Positions 56,647 through 64,000 of a DNA stretch of 64,000 nt are shown here, in pieces (position 1 is the first letter of the stretch; the number at the start of each line of letters is the position of its first letter). The notes beneath the pieces were generated by a model that saw only the letters and a list, made by a program, of their open reading frames with translations, did no database searches and was not told the origin of the DNA. Source of the DNA: a virus. Location of the stretch: the IMG/VR virus record IMGVR_UViG_3300042007_000202, positions 44,672 through 108,671 of that record; one strand, written 5' to 3'. The position numbers and the translations under genes are program-made.

Positions 56647-57016
56647 CGGCCGCCTCCTTCTCCCGGGCTACGCACCGGCGGCACCTGGTGAGCAGCCACG
56701 CTGTGTCGGCCGGGTCCACCGCCATGTCCTCCGGCAGCAGCCACTCCTCGCAGCACGCCGACAGCTTGGCGCCAGAGCGCGCCAGCGACATGGCATACGC
56801 TGCCGCGCCGGGGCCCGAGCGCACATCGAACCGTCGCCCGGCCAGCGGTTCCGGCTGCACCGGGTGCGCCACGGACCACGTGTGCACCGCCTTCGCGAAC
56901 TCCGCCGGGTGCAGCTCCTCCAGGCCCGGCCGCTCCGGGTCCAGGCCGTGCGCCTGCGCCACGGCCAGCGCCGCATGCGCGTCCGCCCGGCGCCGCCGCG
57001 CGTCCCAGTCAGTCAC
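56639..57016 (-). CDS. Hypothetical Cys-containing protein
   Basis: GTGA coupling. Confidence 0.45.
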   Translation of the reverse strand: MTDWDARRRRADAHAALAVAQAHGLDPERPGLEELHPAEFAKAVHTWSVAHPVQPEPLAGRRFDVRSGPGAAAYAMSLARSGAKLSACCEEWLLPEDMAVDPADTAWLLTRCRRCVAREKEAAGD

Positions 57017-57396
57017 AGCATCCTCCGCCAGTCTCGCTTCGGGGCCGGGCGGCCCTTGGCGCCGCCGTACAGGCGCACCCGGGCCTCCTGCTCCTCTGTC
57101 AGCAGCCTGCACGGCAGCTCCCTGACACCCTGGTCCCAGGCGCGCCACACGCGATGCCAGCCGTCGATAACGAGCGCCGAGCCGACCTCCTTGACGTAGG
57201 CCAGCAGGACCGGCTCGGCCAGGTCGACCGTCGCCGCGTGCGCCTCATCCACGCGGATAAAGGGCAGGAGCTGGAGCGCCGACCGCACTTCGAACGTCCG
57301 CACCGGCTCACTGGCCGCCTCGCGCGCGGCGGCCGTCACGTCCCACGTGTAGGACAGGAACGTGAAGGTGTCCCGGGCGTGGCCGTCACTCGTCAT
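57013..57396 (-). CDS. Small ParB/Srx-like protein
   Basis: DLAEPVLL...LVIDGWHRVWRA...G..ELP. Confidence 0.6.
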   Translation of the reverse strand: MTSDGHARDTFTFLSYTWDVTAAAREAASEPVRTFEVRSALQLLPFIRVDEAHAATVDLAEPVLLAYVKEVGSALVIDGWHRVWRAWDQGVRELPCRLLTEEQEARVRLYGGAKGRPAPKRDWRRML

Positions 57397-57691
57397 CGTC
57401 GCCTCCAGGGTCCATGGCGATCTGCCGACCCCACGCCGCAATGACCGCCCCCACCGCCCGCGTCTCGTCCGCGCACACGTCGATGCGCGGCCAGCCGTCC
57501 CCGGTGCCGTGGGCCGAAACGGCGTCGCCCAGGGGGGCGATGTAACCCACGTGCACCGGCTCGCCGTTGGCGAGCTGGCACGTCACCCAGCGCTTGCCGT
57601 CCGGTCCCGGCAGCGTCTCCGCCGCGAAGGTGATCTGCACCGCGTTCATCAGGTCAGCCGCCACTGCCGCCCCCTCGCTCCTTCTGCTCAC
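57386..57691 (-). CDS. Hypothetical protein
   Basis: Coupling. Confidence 0.5.
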   Translation of the reverse strand: MSRRSEGAAVAADLMNAVQITFAAETLPGPDGKRWVTCQLANGEPVHVGYIAPLGDAVSAHGTGDGWPRIDVCADETRAVGAVIAAWGRQIAMDPGGDDDE

Positions 57692-57775
57692 CCATCCACG
57701 CGGATACGTAAGCCTGTCCCGCGTCCCGCGTGGGGGCCGGGGTCGCCGCCCGGCCCCCCTGCGCGTTCCCCATTC

Positions 57776-58885
57776 CTACTCCTCCGCCGTATGTCCGGGG
57801 TTGTACCGGATGTTCCTGTTGCCTCGCCTGGGCTTCATGGGGATCTCCGCCCCCAGCAGCGCCAGCATCTCCACCGCAGCCTTCTTGTCGACCTCCTCAC
57901 CGTCCCGCCCGTACGTGATCTTCATGGGCCCGTAGACGCCCGGCTTGGGCCGCCCGACCATGGCCGCGTACATCGCCTGATCCTTCTCCAGCGGGCTGAT
58001 CTGCGCCCGGAGTTCGGCGTACTTCTCCGCCGCGAACGCGATCTCCGGGGCGGTGTGGACCTGGAGCGCGGAGCTGTCGCCCGGCTTGGCGTCCGGGCCG
58101 AAGCACTCCCTGAGCCAGGCGCAGCCGTCGCACACCCACGACAGCCCCGGGCCCCGGTGGCCGCGCGGCGCGGCGTCCGGCGAGGCCGACAGCCCCACCA
58201 GCCACCGCACCCGCTCCTCAAGGGCCAGCTCCGCGTCCTCGTCGAACGGCTCGATGTGGACGGCGACCTCACCGTTGGCGCGGTCCATGTAGAGCCACGC
58301 CACCCACGCCACCGGGAAGCCCCACTGGCGCAGCGCCGTGGCGTACCCGCGCACCTGCACCCGGTGCTCCTCGTGCACCCCGTCGTGCTCGACTCCGCCC
58401 AGCAAGTACGCCCCCAGCGTCTTGAGGTCGATCACCCCGCCGCCCATCACCTGCGTGTAGAGGTCCGTGGTCCCGTCGACCACCTGCTGGCCGGTGACCT
58501 CACCGGTGGCCGGGTCGTAGAGGGGGACGGTGAGGCGGACCGCCATCTCCACCTCGCCGTCCGCCAGCTCGGCCGCGTAGTACGGCAGGTACTTCTCGTG
58601 GATCCACGTCCCGATGAGCGCCTGCCGCGCCTCGGTGTCATAGGCCAGCTCGGGGTCGGACGGCGGCACCCCGGCCAGCTTGTACGCCGACTCGCGCGGG
58701 CACCCGCCCAGGTCCGACATGGACAGCTTCCACATGCGGTCCGCGCGCTTGGACTGGTTGTCGCGATTGGCCTTCTTGAAGGCGCGCCCGGCCGCCCGCT
58801 CCAGCCCCTTGCGCAGGGCCGGGATGGCCGCCACCGGCAACGGCGCCGAAGGGGCCATCCCCTGGGGCTCCAGCGCGGCCGTCAC
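57776..58885 (-). CDS. Cas4/RecB-like PD-(D/E)XK exonuclease
   Basis: S.LGGCPR, GTWIH, GTTD...VIDLKT, QVRGY and C.GCAW..EC motifs. Confidence 0.75.
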   Translation of the reverse strand: MTAALEPQGMAPSAPLPVAAIPALRKGLERAAGRAFKKANRDNQSKRADRMWKLSMSDLGGCPRESAYKLAGVPPSDPELAYDTEARQALIGTWIHEKYLPYYAAELADGEVEMAVRLTVPLYDPATGEVTGQQVVDGTTDLYTQVMGGGVIDLKTLGAYLLGGVEHDGVHEEHRVQVRGYATALRQWGFPVAWVAWLYMDRANGEVAVHIEPFDEDAELALEERVRWLVGLSASPDAAPRGHRGPGLSWVCDGCAWLRECFGPDAKPGDSSALQVHTAPEIAFAAEKYAELRAQISPLEKDQAMYAAMVGRPKPGVYGPMKITYGRDGEEVDKKAAVEMLALLGAEIPMKPRRGNRNIRYNPGHTAEE

Positions 58886-60159
58886 TGCTCACCGCCCTGG
58901 AGGTCGGCGCAGGCGCCCGCGTGGACCCCGGTGGCGATCACGTGGTCCGTGAGGCACCCGCACGGCAGCCGGTCGTCATCGGCCCGGCCGCCCGGCCGCC
59001 CGCCCGACCGGGCGGCCGGGCGGGCGGGCGGGCTCGCCTGCGTCTTGCTGGCGGCCTTGCGCGTCTTTTCCCCGGCCCGGGGCCCGGCCGCCTGCGCCGT
59101 GCCGCCCTGCGGGCTGCTGGCCTTCTTGGCGGAGGCCTTCTTGCGCGGCTTCTTCTCCGGCTCCGGCTTCTCCTCCGGCTCCGGGGGCGCGGCCTGCTCC
59201 TGCGCCGCCGCGCCGTTCCCGGGGGGCTGGGGCTCCTCCGCCGCGTCCAGCCCGCGCAGAGCTTCCAGGGTGCACGGGCCCGCGTCCGGGTCGGCCGGGG
59301 CCACGGTGCCCGCGCCCTGCTCCCTGGCGAGCGCGTCAGCCGCCCGCATCGCGTCCACCAGCACATGCCGCACGCTCACCGCGCTGGTCTCGTCCGTGGC
59401 GTAGTCCAGCAGCATCGCGTCGCGGCACTCCATGAACAGCTCCCGCAGCAGGTTCAGCCGCACCGTGCCGTTGGGCTGCCGCCCGGTCAGCGCCACCAGC
59501 CGGAGCACCTGCAACACGTGAGCGCGGCGCTCCTCCCGCACCTCCACCACCTGGCTCGCGTTCTGCGGGTCGTCGGCGTGCTCGCGCAGGTCAGTCCCCA
59601 TCCCCAGCAGCACCTCCGGGCAGAACCAGTTGACCGCGCGCGTGGTCACGCGGGCCACCAGCATGTCCTCCGGCATCCTGGTCCAGGCGTCGCAGAACTC
59701 GTATCCGGGGTCGGTGTAGCCCCGCTCGATGGCTTCCTGGATGGTGAAGCTGACCTCGTGCTTCTTGCCGTCGGCCATCTCCAGCAGCGCCACCGCGTGG
59801 AAGCGGTCCCGCTCCACGAAGGTGATCCGGTGCCCGGCCCGGCGCGCCAGCGCCCGTACCAGCTTGGCCCGCCGCCCGACGTCACCGTCCTTTGTGGCGT
59901 ACAGCTCATCCCACGCAACCGCCAGGGGGACATCCAGCCCCCGCGCCCGGAACATGAGCGCCAGGATGTCAGCGGGCTTGCCGTGCAGGTGGGGCGGCAT
60001 GAACAGCTCCGCCTTCGACAGCATCTCCGCCATCTGGAGCATCTGCGTGAAATCGACGGGAACGTCCGTGCCGGGCAGGCCGTGACTGGACACTTCCACG
60101 AGTGGCGTGGATGCTGTCTCCGTCGGATGGTTCTGGGGAGTCAATGGCTTGGTCCTCAC
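58882..60159 (-). CDS. RecT-like single-strand annealing protein
   Basis: P.HL.GKPADIL...VSFTIQEA..RG...W...PEDML.AR...RA...CPEVL.G; paired with the exonuclease. Confidence 0.7.
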   Translation of the reverse strand: MRTKPLTPQNHPTETASTPLVEVSSHGLPGTDVPVDFTQMLQMAEMLSKAELFMPPHLHGKPADILALMFRARGLDVPLAVAWDELYATKDGDVGRRAKLVRALARRAGHRITFVERDRFHAVALLEMADGKKHEVSFTIQEAIERGYTDPGYEFCDAWTRMPEDMLVARVTTRAVNWFCPEVLLGMGTDLREHADDPQNASQVVEVREERRAHVLQVLRLVALTGRQPNGTVRLNLLRELFMECRDAMLLDYATDETSAVSVRHVLVDAMRAADALAREQGAGTVAPADPDAGPCTLEALRGLDAAEEPQPPGNGAAAQEQAAPPEPEEKPEPEKKPRKKASAKKASSPQGGTAQAAGPRAGEKTRKAASKTQASPPARPAARSGGRPGGRADDDRLPCGCLTDHVIATGVHAGACADLQGGEQ

Positions 60160-60213
60160 GATCTTCTTCGACGCCGTGTAGACGGCCCCCGGTGCGCGCC
60201 GGGGGCCGTCGTC

Positions 60214-60894
60214 TTACGGCCTTTCCTTGCGGCGCTTGTCGGCCGCCGCAGCCTCAGCAGCCTCGGCGTTCGCCTCCTGGTGCATCCGCCACTTTTCCAG
60301 GGCCTCCTCCACCGTCCTGTAGAGGGCGGGCCGCGCGGCCATCCGCCTGCGCACCCACTCGATGTCCGGCGAAAGCCCGAACTCCGCCGTCCGCCGCCGC
60401 ACCCACTCGTCGATCTTGGCGTCGTCCAGGCGGCCGGTCTGCTCACCGAACTCGATGACGCGTTCCTCGCTCCAGCCGTACGTCTTCGGCTCGATCTTCA
60501 CATCAGCGGGGATGAAAGCCTTCCGCTGGCGCATGAAGTAGACCGCGTTCTTCTTGAGCCCGTACACGTACGAGCACAGCCACGACGACAGGTACACCCT
60601 CGGCGTGACGCTGTAGCGGGTCTTGGCCAGCGTCTCCGCCTTGGCCAGCGAGCCGTCCGGCGGCGGCCCGATGGGGCGGAAGTCGGAGTCCAGGCGGTCG
60701 GCGTCCACGCCGAAGCGCTGGGCTCTCCTGGGGTCCCAGCCGAACCGGTCGGCTGCGATCACGATGTCCGGCCCGAGCATCTGACCCTGGTCCAGGAGCC
60801 GGTACAGGTGACCACGCGACAGGTGCAGCCCCTTCGCCAGGTCCATGTGCGACCAGTACTGCCTGGTCAGCCCTTCTTTCTCGTCCTGAATCAT
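60214..60894 (-). CDS. Tandem-HTH DNA-binding protein (candidate regulator)
   Basis: Two repeats, Y.S...LA..L.L....LY...GQ..PDIVI..FGW and YLS....YG......M.....IPADV.I...YGW. Confidence 0.6.
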   Translation of the reverse strand: MIQDEKEGLTRQYWSHMDLAKGLHLSRGHLYRLLDQGQMLGPDIVIAADRFGWDPRRAQRFGVDADRLDSDFRPIGPPPDGSLAKAETLAKTRYSVTPRVYLSSWLCSYVYGLKKNAVYFMRQRKAFIPADVKIEPKTYGWSEERVIEFGEQTGRLDDAKIDEWVRRRTAEFGLSPDIEWVRRRMAARPALYRTVEEALEKWRMHQEANAEAAEAAAADKRRKERP

Positions 60895-60981
60895 GGCTAT
60901 GCAAATCTCCTGTCTCGGATACACGAAGTTTACGCGTGGGAGCCGGGGCTGCTGGGCCCCACGCGCCCGCCCGGCCGGTAC

Positions 60982-61479
60982 CTACAGGTAGATCCCCAGG
61001 TACCGGTCCTTGTCCCATTCCGGCTCGTACGGGCGGCACTCCGGGCAGAAGTCCTCCCCCGGCAGCGCCGCCTCGGTGCAGTGGGAGCACTGCACCGGCA
61101 CGGGCGTGTCGCACATTTCGGCCTGGTGGGGCGCCCCGCACGGCTCACCCCCGTCCGCGCAGTCCGGGCACACCGGGTTCCCGGCGTCGTCGGCCGCGTG
61201 CGCGTGCGTCATCTCGTACTCCACGGGCATGGCCCGTCCGAGCGTGACCACCACGCGCGCCAGCTTCACCGGCCGGGGCAGCTCCACCAGGAGCAGGCCG
61301 CAGTCGCACTGCGCGCCCTCGTTCTCCCAGTCCCAGTCCCGGTCCACGCGGATGGCGCGCTGCCCCAGGGCCTCCACCAGCGTCTGGACGGTGGCGCCCT
61401 GTGCGATGAGCTGGGCCAGCTCCGCGTGCGACCCCGGCCGCACGCGCTGCGCCGTCACGTCGTCTGCCGGAAGCTTCAT
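60982..61479 (-). CDS. Cys-rich hypothetical protein
   Basis: Behind the cassette at 61514-61562; several CxxC. Confidence 0.55.
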   Translation of the reverse strand: MKLPADDVTAQRVRPGSHAELAQLIAQGATVQTLVEALGQRAIRVDRDWDWENEGAQCDCGLLLVELPRPVKLARVVVTLGRAMPVEYEMTHAHAADDAGNPVCPDCADGGEPCGAPHQAEMCDTPVPVQCSHCTEAALPGEDFCPECRPYEPEWDKDRYLGIYL

Positions 61480-61577
61480 GGCTTGGTCCCTTCCGTGTGC
61501 CCTCTACTGCCGTGTGACACGAGATTATCACGCGCGGCATGCGTGCGCATAGGTTGTGAAACCCGGGTGACACGAAA

Positions 61578-61617
61578 TGAGCCCCCAGTCGCGAAGGCCG
61601 ACGCGACTGGGGGCTCA
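61578..61617 (-). terminator. Hairpin
   Basis: TGAGCCCCCAGTCGCG/CGCGACTGGGGGCTCA. Confidence 0.7.
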
Positions 61618-61676
61618 AGGGCCGCCCGGCGGCAGCGGGAACTGCGACGCGCACCCCCGCCGGACGGAGCCCTACG

Positions 61677-61985
61677 CTATCCGCTCTCGGGCCGCAGGGC
61701 GGCCACCAGCGAGCGGATGTGCGCCTTCACGTCGGCCAGCTCCGCGAACGACGCGATCGGCGGGGGCGGCGCCTCGCCCCTGGGGACCTCGGGCACCTCG
61801 CGGTAGAGGTGCCAGGTGTGGTGCTCCCGGTACCACCACGGCGCGAACTCGCCCCTGCTGGCCCGTGGTTTGGCCGCCCACTGGATCACCCCCCAGCGCC
61901 GCTGGTCACCGGTGGCGGACAGCTCGAACCGCTGCCCCGCCCCAGCCCGCCGGGCCTCGATCTCGATCTCCTGCTCCTCAGGCAC
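61677..61985 (-). CDS. Hypothetical protein
   Basis: Coupling. Confidence 0.5.
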   Translation of the reverse strand: MPEEQEIEIEARRAGAGQRFELSATGDQRRWGVIQWAAKPRASRGEFAPWWYREHHTWHLYREVPEVPRGEAPPPPIASFAELADVKAHIRSLVAALRPESG

Positions 61986-62499
61986 CGCTCACGTCCTCCG
62001 CCCGGTCGCTCACCTGGTCCATGCGCGCCTGGGTGGCCTGGGCCAGCGCCCGCTGGATCTGCTCCACCACCGCGCGGTGCCCGCCCGGAACCGGCGGCGC
62101 CACGGCGTGAGACTCCCACACCGGGAGCAGCTCCATCGCCCGGCCGACCGCCGTCATGGCCATGGTCAGCGTCCCCAGCAGCACCGTGTCCGGCGGCAGG
62201 AACTCCGCCCTGCGGCCGTGCAGGGCGTAGTCCCTGGCGCTGGTCCACTCCTCGGTCCCGTTGGCGATGTCCGCCACGATGGCCGCCGCCGCCAATCCAC
62301 GCAGATAGCCGACGAGCATGAACTCCACGCTCCCCGGCCGGGCGTACGGCTGCGGCGTGCCCAGGTCCGCCAGCGACTCCAGCGCTGACAGCACCAGCGT
62401 GTACGCCGTGGTCGTGGGCTGGTCCACCAGCTCCAGCGCCAGCGCGTGGCCGGGCCCCGACTTGAGCGGGCGCGAGTCGTTCCAGTCCAGCATGATCAT
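61978..62499 (-). CDS. Hypothetical protein
   Basis: GAGG RBS. Confidence 0.5.
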   Translation of the reverse strand: MIMLDWNDSRPLKSGPGHALALELVDQPTTTAYTLVLSALESLADLGTPQPYARPGSVEFMLVGYLRGLAAAAIVADIANGTEEWTSARDYALHGRRAEFLPPDTVLLGTLTMAMTAVGRAMELLPVWESHAVAPPVPGGHRAVVEQIQRALAQATQARMDQVSDRAEDVSGA

Positions 62500-62504
62500 T
62501 CCTC

Positions 62505-62816
62505 TCAGTTCCCCCGCCCGGCCGGGCGGGCGGGCGGCCGGGCGGACTCGTGCCAAGGCGCCTCGATGAGCACGGCGGCGAGCTGGCTCGCCGCCGCCCG
62601 CATCCAGACGCGGGCCAGCTCCGGGCGGCCGTTGGACCAGTAGACGGCCGCCTTGTCCATGGCGACGGCCGCGCCGTACTCGACGACCGCCCGCTCCGCC
62701 TGGAGCTGGCTGGCGCCGTCGGCGCTCAGGCGCAGGGCCTGGGCGTGCGTGGAACACAGCACCGCCCACTGCTGGGCGGGGCTCCGGGGGGAGGGGCGGG
62801 CCAGGCTGATGGCCAT
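62505..62816 (-). CDS. Hypothetical protein
   Basis: AAGGAG RBS; behind the cassette at 62840-62889. Confidence 0.55.
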   Translation of the reverse strand: MAISLARPSPRSPAQQWAVLCSTHAQALRLSADGASQLQAERAVVEYGAAVAMDKAAVYWSNGRPELARVWMRAAASQLAAVLIEAPWHESARPPARPAGRGN

Positions 62817-62839
62817 TCGTGGTCTCCTTCGATTGCCGT

Positions 62840-62979
62840 GTGACACGACATTATCTGTCGGTCGCGCGTGTGCGCAAATCTCATGTCACGCGCGCCGGTC
62901 GGGCGCCCGGCCGCCCGGCCGCCCGGCCGTGCGACATGAGATTTGCAAGGGGCGCCCTGGTGCACTAATGTCGTGTCTC
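62840..62979. promoter_or_regulatory. Back-to-back divergent promoter cassettes separated by the GC-only motif
   Basis: 62840-62889 (-) and 62931-62979 (+). Confidence 0.7.
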
Positions 62980-63015
62980 GTCGGGTCACCAGGCCCTGAC
63001 GGACAGGAGAGACAC

Positions 63016-63327
63016 GTGACGGAACTGAATCTGCCCACCAGCGATACCACCGCTCTGGTGGAGGCGCTCCGCCAGCTCCAGGCGAAAGCGGGCTCCGACT
63101 CCCTGACGGAGACCATGCTCGTCGCCCTCAACGACCTGGAGGACACCATCGAGGAAGTCTTCACCAACTGCGCGCGCGCCGTCATGGCCCACGCCCCAGC
63201 AGACGACGCCCTCATGGTGGACTACGCCGTGGCCGCCCTGGTCACCGAGCGCGCCAGGCTCGCCGTGGACGGCCAGCTCACCTCCCGGGCCAGTCAGGCC
63301 CCGGCCAAGGAGCGGCCGCACGCCTGA
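63016..63327 (+). CDS. Hypothetical protein
   Basis: AGGAG RBS, GTG. Confidence 0.55.
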   Translation: MTELNLPTSDTTALVEALRQLQAKAGSDSLTETMLVALNDLEDTIEEVFTNCARAVMAHAPADDALMVDYAVAALVTERARLAVDGQLTSRASQAPAKERPHA

Positions 63328-63449
63328 CCGGCCGGGCGGCCGGGTCCACCACGGGCCCGGCCGCCCCCCCCGGCTGGTGCCACGCCCCGCCCTGGGAACG
63401 TGGCACCAGCCGGGGAAAGCACCGGTTCATCCCAACCAAGGAGGAAGCC

Positions 63450-63926
63450 TTGAGCGAGAACGCACCCGAGACCCCGCCGCCCGCCGAGGAGGAGACGCCC
63501 GCCAGCCCGCCCGCCGAGGAAGGCGGCGGCACCACCGACACCCCCGGCGACGAGACGCCCGGCGGCGGCGAGGGCGGCGACGAGCCGCCGCCGGTGGTGG
63601 TGCTCCCGCCCCCGCCGGACTACCAGCAGGGCGTGGGCACCATCTACGGCGAACTCACCGACGAGGTGAACGCGGCCCGCTGGTCCACGCAGATGGACAA
63701 CATGGCGAACGCTGTCCGCGTCACCTACGACTACATCCTGCCGATCGCCTACGAACTCGCCGGTCCCGAGGCGCAGAGCCGCGCCATGGCCCGTGACGCG
63801 GTCGCCTCGCTGCTGCTCACGCGGGCCACGGAGGAGGTTCAGGGCGCCCGGGTGGCGGCCGAGCTGGCCGACGCGCCGGAGCCCACCCCGCCGCCCGCGC
63901 CGTCGGAGCCGCCCTCCGAGGGCTGA
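63450..63926 (+). CDS. Acidic Pro-rich hypothetical protein
   Basis: AAGGAGG RBS, TTG start. Confidence 0.55.
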   Translation: MSENAPETPPPAEEETPASPPAEEGGGTTDTPGDETPGGGEGGDEPPPVVVLPPPPDYQQGVGTIYGELTDEVNAARWSTQMDNMANAVRVTYDYILPIAYELAGPEAQSRAMARDAVASLLLTRATEEVQGARVAAELADAPEPTPPPAPSEPPSEG

Positions 63927-64000
63927 TGAGTACGCGGCGGGCGGCCGGGTCCACCACCGGGCCCGGCCGCCCCCCCCCCCCCCCCGCCCGGCGCCAAGAG

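Noticed and set aside
57776-58885. cas4 as part of a CRISPR system
   Set aside because: Solo Cas4-like exonuclease paired with a RecT-like gene, a common phage recombination module
63969-63985. Poly-C tract as a phase-variation switch
   Set aside because: Intergenic, at the window edge and possibly a sequencing artefact
1-64000. tRNA/rRNA genes, IS elements
   Set aside because: No cloverleaf, rRNA or transposase signatures recognised by eye

Overview
A very GC-rich (Streptomyces-like) actinobacterial temperate phage, probably a phage-plasmid: ParA plus an RHH partner and tandem RepL-like genes are present, and no integrase was recognised in the window. The left part (minus strand) is virion morphogenesis: major tail with PKD domains, major capsid, a MuF/protease/Nudix fusion, portal and terminases. 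Next come a TET/JBP dioxygenase, glycosyltransferase and ParB-like base-modification cluster, then many accessory and early genes, a partition locus, a probable origin and a RecT/Cas4-like pair. The most striking novelty is a divergent array at about 50.8-56.2 kb of small genes, each behind its own near-identical 49-50 bp quasi-palindromic promoter/operator cassette. Five of these genes fuse different N-terminal domains to one conserved C-terminal 'GWELLYDKP...GRR...LIC-x2-H...WC-x2-C' putative Zn domain. Three motif families are also dispersed across the window: the promoter cassette (about 18 copies), a 12-bp palindrome ATCYRCGYRGAT (20 exact copies plus about 18 near-copies) and a GC-only CCCGGCCGGGCGGGCGGCCGGG motif (more than 25 copies). 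All family calls come from motif recognition by eye; no database search was run.
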